This document shows positions 39,917 through 50,031 of a stretch of 64,000 bases of DNA, piece by piece (the stretch's first letter is position 1; the number at the start of each line of letters is the position of its first letter). The position numbers and the translations under genes were made by a program. A model generated the notes under the pieces. The model worked only from the letters and a program-made list of their open reading frames with translations. It ran no database searches and was not told the DNA's origin. The DNA lies in NCBI GenBank assembly GCA_965198115.1, contig OZ240241.1, forward strand, positions 2,208,001-2,272,000, read 5' to 3'. The stretch comes from Candidatus Latescibacterota bacterium (GTDB taxonomy: Bacteria > Latescibacterota > UBA2968).

Positions 39917-41854
39917 TTGACTAAACGCGCTTTCATCATCGGCATCGTCCTCTCGGCGTGCGCCAACCTGTGGCCCGCCTACAACAGCATGATTGTGCAC
40001 TCCTCGCGCGCCGATCACATGCACCTCTCCATGGGGATGCTCATCCCCTTCCTGATCCTCCTTTTACTGAACGTCTTTCTCGAATCGCGCGGCGCCGGCC
40101 TCTCCCCTTCCGAGCTCTTGACCGTCTGTTGCATGTCCATGGTCGCCGTCTGCATGCAGGGCGAGTGGCTCGCGGGCTACCTGATGGGGATGATCACCGC
40201 CCCCTATTACTTCGCCTCGGCTGAAAATCGATGGGAAGAACTGCTGCTGCAGTACATCCCGACCTGGGCTCTCATCCCCGACCGGGATCTGGTGCGCGGG
40301 TTTTACGAAGGTCTCCCGCCGGGGCAGTCCGTTCCGTGGGAGGCCTGGCTGACGCCAGCCTTCTGGTGGGGGATGCTCTTGGCGGCCATCCTTACGATCA
40401 ACCTCTCCGTCGGCGTCCTGTTCCGAAAGCAATGGATGGAACACGAGAAACTCGCGTTCCCCATCGCGACCGCCCTCCTCGAACTCACCGGTGCCTCGGG
40501 CGAATCCGGCAAGCTGTCCGGCCTGCTGAAGAATCGCCTGTTCCGCGTCGGATTCGCAATCACCTTCGGCATCATCTGCTGGAACATCACCACCTGGTTC
40601 TCCGAGTTGGCACCGATGATTCCCATCCTCAACGGTCGCCCGGGCAAGCACGTTCTCACGCTGGCGCCGGGGTTCCCCAGCCTCATCTACGCATTCAGCC
40701 TCTTCACGTTTACGTTCGGCTACTTCACCCGATCCGAAGTGCTCTTCAGCATCTGGTTCTTCCATCTGCTGGCGATCGTGCAGGCAGGCATCTTCAACCG
40801 GCTGGGCTACGACCTTGGAAGCTCGGACAACTGGTGTTCGTTCCACCCAGCTGTCGGGTGGCAGGGATTCGGCGGGATGATCGTCCTGGCCGCGTGGGGC
40901 GTTTGGATCGGACGCGATCACTTTCGAAACGTGTGGAGACACGCGCTCGGTCAGGCGAAAGGGGACGACGACGGGGAGCTGATGTCCTACAGAACGGCGA
41001 TCGTGCTTCTTGTGCTTGGACTTGGCTTCGTGATGCTGTGGCTGAACCGATCGGGCATGGCCTGGGTCCCTCTCATAGCCTTCGTTTTCGGAACCGCCGT
41101 GCTCTACATCGGGATGTCTCGCATCGTCGTCGAAAGCGGGCTCGTCGCCATGCGCGGCCCGATCACGGCGCAGGCATTCGTCTGGCACGCATTCGGAATC
41201 GCGGGCCTGGGTCCCACGAGCGCGGCCGGTCTCGCACTGACTTTTTCCTGGTTCTGCGATGGCAAAAGCTTCGGGATGACCATGCTGGCTCACGTCCCAC
41301 GTCTCGGAACAGCCATGAATCGAAAAGCCCGACGACCCCTCGGGCCATCCGTACTCGCCGCGTGCGCGGTCGGCGCGATCAGCGTCATCACCTACATCGT
41401 TTACGAAGGCTACCACGCCACGGGTGGGTTCAATTTCGGAACCAACAACTTTGTCGTGGGTGGAAACGCATTCACCATCTCCGCGGTCACCGCGAGCCGA
41501 ATCGAACAGGGCACGTTAGGCACGGACTGGACCCGGCTCTCGTTTCTCGGCGTGGGCGTGGTAGTGGCGGCGCTGCTGTTCTGGCTCCGCTATCAGTTCC
41601 CTGGCTTCCCTATCCACCCGATCGGGTTCACCTGCGCCGCAGCGCCGCCTTTAGGGGACACGGCCGCCACCATCTTCCTGATCTGGGCCGTCAAGTCTTT
41701 GATCCTCCGCATCGGGGGACTGGAGCGCTACCGGGCAACGGCCCCCCTCATCCTGGGATTCCTGATTGGCTACATCTCCGGCGTGGGCATCGGTGTCGTG
41801 GTCGACAGCATCTGGTTCCCCGGTCAGGGGCACCCCATGCACATGCCCTGGTGA
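39917..41854 (+). CDS. DUF6785/DUF6784-type polytopic membrane protein (OPT-like transporter)
   Basis: Many TM segments; YYFASAENRWE, RKQWMEHEKLAFPI, FPIHPIGF, WAVKSLILRIGG. Confidence 0.8.
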   Translation: MTKRAFIIGIVLSACANLWPAYNSMIVHSSRADHMHLSMGMLIPFLILLLLNVFLESRGAGLSPSELLTVCCMSMVAVCMQGEWLAGYLMGMITAPYYFASAENRWEELLLQYIPTWALIPDRDLVRGFYEGLPPGQSVPWEAWLTPAFWWGMLLAAILTINLSVGVLFRKQWMEHEKLAFPIATALLELTGASGESGKLSGLLKNRLFRVGFAITFGIICWNITTWFSELAPMIPILNGRPGKHVLTLAPGFPSLIYAFSLFTFTFGYFTRSEVLFSIWFFHLLAIVQAGIFNRLGYDLGSSDNWCSFHPAVGWQGFGGMIVLAAWGVWIGRDHFRNVWRHALGQAKGDDDGELMSYRTAIVLLVLGLGFVMLWLNRSGMAWVPLIAFVFGTAVLYIGMSRIVVESGLVAMRGPITAQAFVWHAFGIAGLGPTSAAGLALTFSWFCDGKSFGMTMLAHVPRLGTAMNRKARRPLGPSVLAACAVGAISVITYIVYEGYHATGGFNFGTNNFVVGGNAFTISAVTASRIEQGTLGTDWTRLSFLGVGVVVAALLFWLRYQFPGFPIHPIGFTCAAAPPLGDTAATIFLIWAVKSLILRIGGLERYRATAPLILGFLIGYISGVGIGVVVDSIWFPGQGHPMHMPW

Positions 41855-41893
41855 GTTCATCGGCGCCAAGCCGATTGGCAAGGAGCAACAGCC

Positions 41894-43450
41894 ATGACAT
41901 TATCCGACGATTCGGCTTTTCCCCAACCACGGGGGCTGTGGAGGCTTCTCTACACGAGCGATCCTTCGAACCTGGCCTTCTACCAGGCCGGCCGTCACCT
42001 GGATCATACTGCGGCTGCGGAGTTCGCCGCCGGAGATCCCGCCCGTCCGGAGGATCTGACGCGTTGGGTCGACGAACTGGCCCACAGCGGAGTGGATGCC
42101 TACGCCCAAGCTGTTTTTGCGCAAGGCTGGACCGTTTTCTTCCGCTCGGAAAACTTCGAGTCCGACACAAGGCCGCAGCACCAGCGTTTCGCGGCCATGC
42201 TGGCGTCGGGTCCCTCGCCGCTGGAGGTGCTGATCGAGCAGACCCACAGGCGGGGCATGGCCTTCATCGCCAAGTTCCGGATGAGCGATACACACGGCTC
42301 GGGCACACAGGGCGCCCGCTTCCTGCTGGACAACAAGCAGTGGTGGATCCCGGAGCAACCTGGTGCGCTCGACTACCGGTTCGATCAGGTCCGCGGGTAC
42401 GTGTTCGGAGTGGCCAACGAAATCGTCGACCGCTTCGACGTGGACGGGCTGTTGTTCAACTACATTCGGTTTGGTCACTGTTTCCCGAAGGATGTGGCAA
42501 TCCAGAGTCAGCCGATCATGACCGGTTTTCTTCGACAGGTGCGGGAGATGCTGGACCGCCGGGGCCGGGACGGACACAAGGATCTGACGCTGGGGGTCAT
42601 GCTACCGCAGACGCTTGAAGAGTGTCACGGCCTGGGATACGATATTCTGACCTGGATAGATGAGGGGCTCATCGACTATGTGTGTCCTTGCGACGTAGGT
42701 TTTGCGGATTTCAATGCGCCGTACGAAGAATTCGGCGAACTCACGCGTTCCTCCGAGTGTTTCCTCTATCCGTCGTTGACACCCATGATGTGTCGCAACG
42801 ACCAGGCCACTTTGCTCAGACCGGAAAACTACCGCGCACTGGCGCAAAATTTCTACGGGGCGGGGGCAGATGGGGTTTCGGTCTTCAACTACCAGTACCA
42901 CTGGGCTCGCAGAGGTGGAACTGCCAGGTATGCGGGGCCGGTGGAAGGTCGTTTGTTAGGGTTGAGTTATTTACGGGGACTCAAGGAGCCCGGGGATCTT
43001 TCCCGCCAGGTGCGACACTACCGGTTTCACCCGCTCTGGAGTGGGAGCAGTAGGACGGGCTTTGTGAAGAACGACCGGCTCGTCCTCCCGCGCCAGGCAG
43101 GCGCCAGCGGGAAATACCGCTTCAGGTTGAGCGGCGAGTTGACAGACAGCGATCGGGTTGAACTCTACTTCACGGCTCAGGGGCTGGTTCCGGATGACGA
43201 GATCCGCGTCGATGTCAATGGGCGAGAGGTGATCGAAGTGCGGCGGGTGTTTCACTCGGATGGTCGTCTGGAAATAAACGGCCGGGAGCTGCCGCCCTTC
43301 TCGACCGGTTTCTTCGACCTGGACGGGCAGGTGCTGACCGGGCGCGACAACGACCTGGGGGTGACGTTGACCAAGAGCGCTGGGGCGATCGGGGAGGAGG
43401 TTGTGATAGACGAGGTGGAGGTCGTGGTGGTTCCAGATATAGGAGTATAG
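41894..43450 (+). CDS. Glycosyl-hydrolase-like TIM-barrel protein (GHL10-like)
   Basis: FRMSDTH, ALDYRFDQVR, FDVDGL, WIDEGLIDY, GADGVSVFNY. Confidence 0.7.
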   Translation: MTLSDDSAFPQPRGLWRLLYTSDPSNLAFYQAGRHLDHTAAAEFAAGDPARPEDLTRWVDELAHSGVDAYAQAVFAQGWTVFFRSENFESDTRPQHQRFAAMLASGPSPLEVLIEQTHRRGMAFIAKFRMSDTHGSGTQGARFLLDNKQWWIPEQPGALDYRFDQVRGYVFGVANEIVDRFDVDGLLFNYIRFGHCFPKDVAIQSQPIMTGFLRQVREMLDRRGRDGHKDLTLGVMLPQTLEECHGLGYDILTWIDEGLIDYVCPCDVGFADFNAPYEEFGELTRSSECFLYPSLTPMMCRNDQATLLRPENYRALAQNFYGAGADGVSVFNYQYHWARRGGTARYAGPVEGRLLGLSYLRGLKEPGDLSRQVRHYRFHPLWSGSSRTGFVKNDRLVLPRQAGASGKYRFRLSGELTDSDRVELYFTAQGLVPDDEIRVDVNGREVIEVRRVFHSDGRLEINGRELPPFSTGFFDLDGQVLTGRDNDLGVTLTKSAGAIGEEVVIDEVEVVVVPDIGV

Positions 43451-43526
43451 TGCGGTATGGTGGAAAAGGGTTACTGGGGTATGTCTCCGTGCCAAGGGAA
43501 GGCGTTGGTAGGCTTTTCGCAAAGCG

Positions 43527-43637
43527 ATCTGGGTCGTCCCCGGCAGCCACGTGCGGCCCAACCCATCACACTACTTTTTCAATGAAATCCCTGCCGATGT
43601 GACCGTCGAGGGCTTCATCGCCGGCTGGGGAACGTGA
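43527..43637 (+). pseudogene. Short remnant, possibly PhyH-like
   Basis: IWVVPGSH motif in a 36-codon stretch with no start codon. Confidence 0.3.
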
Positions 43638-43670
43638 ACCCGTGCAAGCAGGTGAGCCCAGGAGTCGCGC

Positions 43671-44963
43671 TTGGCTAAATCATTTGCCCTGGGCCGTCCT
43701 CACACAGAGAGGGTTGTTTTGGCAGAACTGTTAGCGAACGAATATCGTGTGCTGTATGAGTCAGCGGATCCGGAGCACCTTTACGCCTATACGCCCGGCA
43801 TCTGTCGGCTCGGTTCCGGACGGCTGGTCGCGTCGAATGGCCAGGGTGGCCCCGGTGTGGCGAATCTGGAAGGGCCGAAAGGTCTGCAGGGCGAAGGAAA
43901 GAACCCCTGGCAAGGGATCGTCTGGACGTCCGACGATCACGGATCCACCTGGGCAGAACGTACGCGCTTCCCGTTCATGCACGCACGACCGTTCGCGGCT
44001 GGCGATCGGGTGTATGTGCTTGGACACGATTCCGATCTGACGATCATCGCAAGCGACGACGGAGGAGAGACCTGGTCCGATTCGGCGCAACTGACGTCGG
44101 ATCAATACTGGCATCAGTCCGCGTGCAATGTGATCTACGCCAACGACGCCGTCTATCTGGTGATGGAGCGGAGGACACAGTTTGACCATCCCGGCTGGTA
44201 TGTCAGCGAGCTAGCGCCCGTGCTGATGAAGGGTCCCGTGGAAGCAGATCTGACGGACCTTGGGAACTGGACGTTCGCGAGCGAGCTGTCGTTCTACGAG
44301 CTGGAAGCGACGCTTGGGAACGTGCCCGTTCCGTTCTTCAGCCTGGGTGAGGTGAGTCCGGGGCGTAAAATGAACCCGATCGGGTGGCTGGAGGCCAACG
44401 TGGTCCAGTTCCGGGATCCCAATCACATCTGGTACGATCCATCGGGACGGACCTTTCATCTCTGCATGCGGGCCCATACGGGCAGTACGGGATTGGCGTG
44501 TGTCGCGAAGGTGGTAGAGGATGCGAATGGACAGATGACGACGTCGCTGGAACAGACACCCGCCGGGCAGCCCTTCCTATACGCCCCGTGCCCAGGCGGC
44601 CAGATGCGCTTCCACATTCTGCACGATGAGCCGGCGCAACTGTTCTGGCTGTTGGGAAGCATCGCGACGGACAGCGCGTGTCGACCCGAAAGGATGCCGG
44701 ACAACCGTTACAATCTCCCGAGCAACGAGCGTCACATTCAGGGCCTTCACTACTCGAGGAACTGCATCGACTGGGTACCGGCCGGCATCGTGGCGAAGGG
44801 GAATACCGCCCGGGAGGCCAGGCACTACGCCAGCATGGTGATCGACGGGGATGATCTGCACATCCTGTCGCGTTCCGGAGATCATCGGGCGAAGTCCGCA
44901 CACGACGGAAACTTGATCACGCTGCACACGGTGCGAGATTTCAGGGATCTCGTCGTAATTTGA
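43671..44963 (+). CDS. Sialidase-like (BNR/Asp-box) protein
   Basis: TSDDHGSTW and ASDDGGETW Asp boxes. Confidence 0.72.
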   Translation: MAKSFALGRPHTERVVLAELLANEYRVLYESADPEHLYAYTPGICRLGSGRLVASNGQGGPGVANLEGPKGLQGEGKNPWQGIVWTSDDHGSTWAERTRFPFMHARPFAAGDRVYVLGHDSDLTIIASDDGGETWSDSAQLTSDQYWHQSACNVIYANDAVYLVMERRTQFDHPGWYVSELAPVLMKGPVEADLTDLGNWTFASELSFYELEATLGNVPVPFFSLGEVSPGRKMNPIGWLEANVVQFRDPNHIWYDPSGRTFHLCMRAHTGSTGLACVAKVVEDANGQMTTSLEQTPAGQPFLYAPCPGGQMRFHILHDEPAQLFWLLGSIATDSACRPERMPDNRYNLPSNERHIQGLHYSRNCIDWVPAGIVAKGNTAREARHYASMVIDGDDLHILSRSGDHRAKSAHDGNLITLHTVRDFRDLVVI

Positions 44964-45052
44964 AACGCGTCCCCGTGAATCGCCCCCTGCCGGGTCCCGC
45001 ACTCCAGTTAGATCCGTGGATCGCAGTATCTCATTAAGAGAGGAATAGTACG

Positions 45053-45442
45053 ATGCCCGACAAAACGACCAGGACATTTGCGGCCCACGCAAAGGATGCC
45101 CAGTGGGCCAAGGAGGGTCTGCGGCCTTACTTCGCATACCGTGACCTGGGAATCAGGGACGCCACCGGGGGCAAGGTGTTGGCGCACATCATTCGCGCCG
45201 ATCAACCCTGCAAGGGCCCGATGGGCTACCACTCCCACGATCTGGACTTTCAGATGGTCTACTTGATTAGGGGTTGGGCGCAGCTCTATTTCGAAGACAT
45301 CGGTGAGATCCGCGTGGAGGCCGGCGATGCCTGGTATCAGCCACCCGGTATTAAGCACGAGGTATTGAAGTATTCCGATGACTGGGAGGTCATCGAAATC
45401 ACCATGCCAGCCGAATTTGCCACACACGACGAATCGCGTTAG
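45053..45442 (+). CDS. Cupin domain protein
   Basis: GYHSHDLDFQMVY..RGW, GDAWYQPPGIKH. Confidence 0.9.
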   Translation: MPDKTTRTFAAHAKDAQWAKEGLRPYFAYRDLGIRDATGGKVLAHIIRADQPCKGPMGYHSHDLDFQMVYLIRGWAQLYFEDIGEIRVEAGDAWYQPPGIKHEVLKYSDDWEVIEITMPAEFATHDESR

Positions 45443-45501
45443 TGTGCGCTTTCGAATCGGTTGCGAGTGCCTATCCACACTTCTGCGTGAGAGAACCCTA
45501 A

Positions 45502-46548
45502 ATGACAATCAAAACTGCGAATGAACTCCACACCCTGGTCCAAGAGATTTTTCTATCTGCCGGGGCCAATGATCGCAACGCGGAGGAGTTGGCCGCGCAT
45601 TTGGTTCGGGCCAATCTCAGCGGCGTGGATACGCACGGCGCCTGGCACGTGAAGGGCTATGTGGAAGCGATTCAGGCGACTGACATTCTTGCCGATACGA
45701 AGCCCGAAATAGTAGAGGAGACCCCGACCCACGCGCTGATTTCGGGTAACTGGACCTTCGGTCAGGTGACGGCCAAGTATGGAATGGAGATGGCGATTCA
45801 AAAGGCCCAGGCCCAGAATGTAGCCGTCGTAGGTCTGGTGCAGATGCACCACATCGGTCGCCTGGGCCACTACGTAGAGATGGCGGCGGCTGAAGACACG
45901 ATCGGCATGGTCTGGGCTGGTGGGTATAGTGAAGAGCAGCCGGCGACGGTTCCCTATGGTGGCCGGGAGCCAGTACTGCATACCAATCCCATTGCCATCG
46001 GCTTTCCAGGTGGGGAGGAATCGCCCATGATGTTTGATTGGGCCACAACGGCCCTCTCTGGAGTCAAGGTTATCAACGCCCAACGTGCGGGTGAAGCATT
46101 ACCTCCCAACTCTATCGTGGATAAGGATGGGAACCCCAGCACAGACCCCAACGACTTCTTTGAAGGCGGTGGCCATTTGCCCTTTGGCGCGCACAAAGGC
46201 TACTCGCTCATGATGACGACCGAGTTCCTGGGACGCATCTTTACCGGTTCCGATGCCTATGTCGAAACGGACCGAGCCGGACCCATCATGCGCCATCAGG
46301 GCGTCACGATGATGGCCATCAAAGCAGATCTTTTCCAACCCATCGCGGACTTTACCAGGCGGGCAGATGAACTGGAACGCAGGGTCAGGGCGATTCCCCC
46401 TGCCCCCGGCTTCAATGAGGTCCTCGCACCGGGCGACCTGGAAGCTCGAACCAGAGAAACCCGGCGGCGTGACGGCATTCCGATTAAGGATGATGTCTGG
46501 CAATCGATTGTCGATGCGGCTGCGTTAGTCAATGTCAAGGTGCCTTAG
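45502..46548 (+). CDS. Ldh_2 (malate/L-lactate/sulfolactate dehydrogenase) family oxidoreductase
   Basis: ANLSGVDTHG, HHIGRLG, TNPIAIG, LPFGAHKGYSL. Confidence 0.92.
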   Translation: MTIKTANELHTLVQEIFLSAGANDRNAEELAAHLVRANLSGVDTHGAWHVKGYVEAIQATDILADTKPEIVEETPTHALISGNWTFGQVTAKYGMEMAIQKAQAQNVAVVGLVQMHHIGRLGHYVEMAAAEDTIGMVWAGGYSEEQPATVPYGGREPVLHTNPIAIGFPGGEESPMMFDWATTALSGVKVINAQRAGEALPPNSIVDKDGNPSTDPNDFFEGGGHLPFGAHKGYSLMMTTEFLGRIFTGSDAYVETDRAGPIMRHQGVTMMAIKADLFQPIADFTRRADELERRVRAIPPAPGFNEVLAPGDLEARTRETRRRDGIPIKDDVWQSIVDAAALVNVKVP

Positions 46549-46575
46549 GCAATCAAATCAGAACGGTACCCTCGT

Positions 46576-47271
46576 ATGGAAGAACCACTCATATCTTCCG
46601 AAGTGATCGAAGCGCTGCGACAGATTGACAGCGCAACGGTTGCCAATGCAATCGAGCATTTCGATCTACGTGATCCGGTCGATGGATACGCTTCCTGGGC
46701 GTTGCCGTGCCAGTTTCCCAAACTGGCACCAACGGTCGGCTACGCTATAACCTGTACGGCGGACACGACGACTGCTGATAATGATCGCCCCATGCGGCTC
46801 CATGAATTACTCGATATCATCCAGGATGCACCGAAGCCCGCTGTTCTGGTCGCGCAGTACGTGGGGCAAGACCGCCAACGCAGTTGTCTGATCGGTGATA
46901 TGTTTGCGGCCACGCTGCAAAAGCTGGGTGTGGTTGGCATGGTCACAGAGTTGGGAGGGCGTGATTTTCGGGGTATTGAAGAGCGGGCACCAGGCTTTCA
47001 ACTTTTCTGTCCGGGTTCAGTCGTTTCCCACGGATATGGCGTCTTCCACGATTTCAACCTGACCGTATCGGTCTGCGGCCTGACCGTCCAACCCAACGAT
47101 CTGCTTCACGGGGATGCCAACGGGGTGGTTAACGTGCCCGTTGAAATCGCTGGAGATGTCGTAGCACAGAGCAAACGCGTGCTGGAGGAAGAGGCAGCAT
47201 TCTTCGACTTTCTGCACAGCGATGCCTACAGCTACGAAGGGTTGAAGCAACGTATGGGACGGAAAGAGTAG
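46576..47271 (+). CDS. RraA/HMG aldolase family protein
   Basis: DSATVANAIE, VGYAIT, GD..A, RD, DLLHGDANGVV. Confidence 0.88.
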   Translation: MEEPLISSEVIEALRQIDSATVANAIEHFDLRDPVDGYASWALPCQFPKLAPTVGYAITCTADTTTADNDRPMRLHELLDIIQDAPKPAVLVAQYVGQDRQRSCLIGDMFAATLQKLGVVGMVTELGGRDFRGIEERAPGFQLFCPGSVVSHGYGVFHDFNLTVSVCGLTVQPNDLLHGDANGVVNVPVEIAGDVVAQSKRVLEEEAAFFDFLHSDAYSYEGLKQRMGRKE

Positions 47272-47284
47272 GTCGATAGCGTTC

Positions 47285-47355
47285 AGACGAGGCCATCCGC
47301 GCTGTTCTGTGTGTCCGCACGATTGCGGCCCGTCGTTGGTACTCGAACGTTAGCC
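47285..47355 (+). other. Partial attC-like site (3' half recognisable)
   Basis: GACGAGGCC...GGCCCGTC arms, then GTTAGCC 25 bp before the GNAT start. No R'' box found. Confidence 0.38.
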
Positions 47356-47380
47356 GCAAGCCAGACTCACCGGTACCTTA

Positions 47381-48159
47381 ATGAATCTCAGATCGCTCGG
47401 ATACAAGGCGGATCTTGCTTTTCCGGGAGTGTTCGGTGAAACGATCGACCGGGGTAATACCTGGTCGTGCGGACTCCGAATCTCCCTGGCTTCTTCTGGG
47501 GCAATTTCCTGCTATTCGCGAAGCCTCCTACCTCCGGAGACTTCGATCGGTGGAGGGAACGCTTCAAGTCGGAGGTCGGAGACCAGCCTGGCGTTGAGCA
47601 CGAGGCGTTCGGCTGGGACTCGCCCTCGGGAGCCATGGGTGACGTGGAGTCGTTCAAGTCCGCCGGGTTTGTTCCTTTTTCATCCGCGGTTATGACGGCC
47701 GACCACGTGTCTCCTTCTCCCCATCTCAACTTCGACGTCGTTACCAGACCCGTCACCACGGCGGATGAATGGGATGCCGCCGCACTATGCGAGGCAAACT
47801 ATACCTCGGACAGCACGCCGAACCATCGGATCGAGGCGAGGATCGCCTCCTACCGAGGCATGTCCCGGACCGACAGCGGGGAGTGGTATGGCGCGTTTCT
47901 GGAAGGACGGATCGTAGGTGGTCTGGGTATCTACAAAGTCGATGAAACAGGCGTCATCGAGGCCGTCTCGACACACCCGGACTTTCGAAGACGCGGAATC
48001 GGCCGCAGCGCAGTATACCAGGCCACTCGCCACGCAATGGAAAATCTTGGGATCAGGGAGCTGCTCCTGATCGCCGATGATGAGGGTGACGCGAAACGTA
48101 TGTATGAACAACTTGGATTCAGAACGGTTGAAATGCAGGTAGGAATGCTTCGGACCTAA
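47381..48159 (+). pseudogene. GNAT acetyltransferase, frameshifted near 47457
   Basis: MNLRSLGYKADL...IDRG joins YLVVRTPNLPGFFWGNFLLF...VSTHPDFRRRGIG...YEQLGF. Confidence 0.8.
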
Positions 48160-48387
48160 TCAGGCCTCCTCCCTCACCACTCGTGTGTCGTCGTACACAA
48201 GCCGCTCAACACGGAAGTCTACATCACCGACAACCATCTGGGAGGGCTCAGGATGTCTTTCGCCTTCAAGGGGGAAGAGATCGGCGTCTTATGACGAAGC
48301 AAGACGTGAAGCTGACTACTCGTAGGTACTTGCTTTAAGGAAAGGTCCATCGAATTGACGAACGCCAGCACAGTATCTCATGACACG

Positions 48388-49395
48388 ATGCTGACCGCAG
48401 AGATACAGGGACCGCGCCAGTTGAGTGTGCGCCGGGTGCCGATACCGGAGTTCGGTACTGCCGACGCGCTGCTACGGGTCCACGCCTGCGGTATCTGTGG
48501 CTCGGATGTTCACCGATATCTCGTCGACGCATACGGCAGCCGGTTTCGCTACCCCCTCAACTCCGGGCACGAGTTCGCGGCAGAAGTGGTGGCCGTTGGA
48601 GAGCACGTAAACGACTTCAAGACAGGTGACTGGGTCACCGGTCACTCCAGCTGGGTGGATTGCGGAGGCGCCTTCGCGGAGTATCTGTTGGTACCGGAGG
48701 CCGATCGTAGTCTGATCTCGATCAGGGGTGCCGGCCAAACAGGCAATGGCGGTTCCCTCGATCCAGAGCTGGTCACACTGATCGAGCCCCTGACGGTAGG
48801 GCTGAATGCTCTGAATCAGGGTGCTCCCGCCTCTGAACAGACCTCGGGCCGACCGCCTCAACTCGTTATCCTGGGCGGCGGCACCATCGGGCTTTCCGTT
48901 CTACTTGCAGCTCAGACCCACGGCCATCGCGATATCGTGGTCAGTGAGCCGTCGAGCCTGCGGCGCGACATTGCCGTATCCCTCGGCGCGCGAAGCGTGG
49001 ATCCCAGCGGCGACGATGGGTTGGAAAGGCTACGGAAGGCCGTGAGCGCGGAACAAGGTGCCGACGTCGTGTTCGAGTGCGCAGGCACCGAGGATTCGAT
49101 CGCCAACGCCGTGGAGATCGTGGCTCGCGGTGGCACACTCATGATGGTCGCGGTCTCAAGCACCCAGGTTGGCATTCCTGCGATGAGTGTTGTAACGAAG
49201 GCTTTGAAGGTGCTGGGGATGACAGGGGCGCCGCTGCACGAATATGCCGACGAGGCGATCGCGATTCTGGGGTCACGAGCCAGTGAGGCCGCTCAACTCG
49301 TGACCCATCGCTTTCCCCTTGACGAGGCCGAACAGGCGTGTGACCCGCACAGCTGCTGCAAGGTGTTGGTGGAACCGGGAGAGGGTGGCACATAG
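48388..49395 (+). CDS. Zinc-dependent (MDR) dehydrogenase
   Basis: ACGICGSDVH, GHE, GGGTIGL, DVVFECAG. Confidence 0.88.
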   Translation: MLTAEIQGPRQLSVRRVPIPEFGTADALLRVHACGICGSDVHRYLVDAYGSRFRYPLNSGHEFAAEVVAVGEHVNDFKTGDWVTGHSSWVDCGGAFAEYLLVPEADRSLISIRGAGQTGNGGSLDPELVTLIEPLTVGLNALNQGAPASEQTSGRPPQLVILGGGTIGLSVLLAAQTHGHRDIVVSEPSSLRRDIAVSLGARSVDPSGDDGLERLRKAVSAEQGADVVFECAGTEDSIANAVEIVARGGTLMMVAVSSTQVGIPAMSVVTKALKVLGMTGAPLHEYADEAIAILGSRASEAAQLVTHRFPLDEAEQACDPHSCCKVLVEPGEGGT

Positions 49396-49647
49396 CTGCT
49401 GTCGGAGCGATCTAACCCAAACTCACGAATTTCATCGAAATTACGTTGGATACGTGCCTCAGTTCAATCGCTCAAGGCATAACCTCGTTTCCCATCAGGC
49501 GATCGCCTTTCGGGCGTAGCGAACGACACTCGGATTCGGATCGTGGAGTGCGATTTCAAACAGGGAGCGGTTGGCATCTTGTCCAGCGCCCCGGGGTTTT
49601 CTTGGACACTCCGTTGACCTACAGTAGGTCGAAAAGGAGGGTCCACC

Positions 49648-50031
49648 ATGAACAAGGCTACTAGGGGATCGGTTGGGGCGGAGCGAGCGAGAGCGAGCGG
49701 AGGCCCAGCCGATCCAAGCGCGACTTCGCAGGGTCGTTTCTCCGTGAAGAAGAAGGCCGAAGCCGTATTACGTGTGATGCGTGGCGAGAGCCTCGACAGC
49801 GTCTCTCGCGATCTGGGAGTAACGGCAGCTAAATTGAGCGAGTGGCGCGATCAGTTCCACTCTGGCGCCCAGGCCGCACTACGCTCTCGTCTGAGCGACG
49901 AGCGTGACGAGAGGGTCAAGGACCTCCAGGCGAAGATTGGCGAGCTCACGATGGACAACGAGCTGCTGCAACAAAGAATCGATCGTCTGGAAGCCCGCCG
50001 CCCTTTGGCGCATCGGAGGTCGCGGAAATGA
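49648..50031 (+). CDS. IS3-family OrfA
   Basis: Identical protein to 39103-39486. Confidence 0.88.
   Translation: MNKATRGSVGAERARASGGPADPSATSQGRFSVKKKAEAVLRVMRGESLDSVSRDLGVTAAKLSEWRDQFHSGAQAALRSRLSDERDERVKDLQAKIGELTMDNELLQQRIDRLEARRPLAHRRSRK

Noticed and set aside
40231-42618. 795-aa ORF and other long overlapping ORFs (15158-16297, 18416-19567, 22726-23715, 40064-41416, 59604-60611)
   Set aside because: Arg/Pro/Gly-rich or antisense shadows of well-supported genes in GC-rich DNA.
49410-49451. ATCTAAC...GTTGGAT as an attC site
   Set aside because: About 42 bp, shorter than known attC sites, with weak inner pairing.
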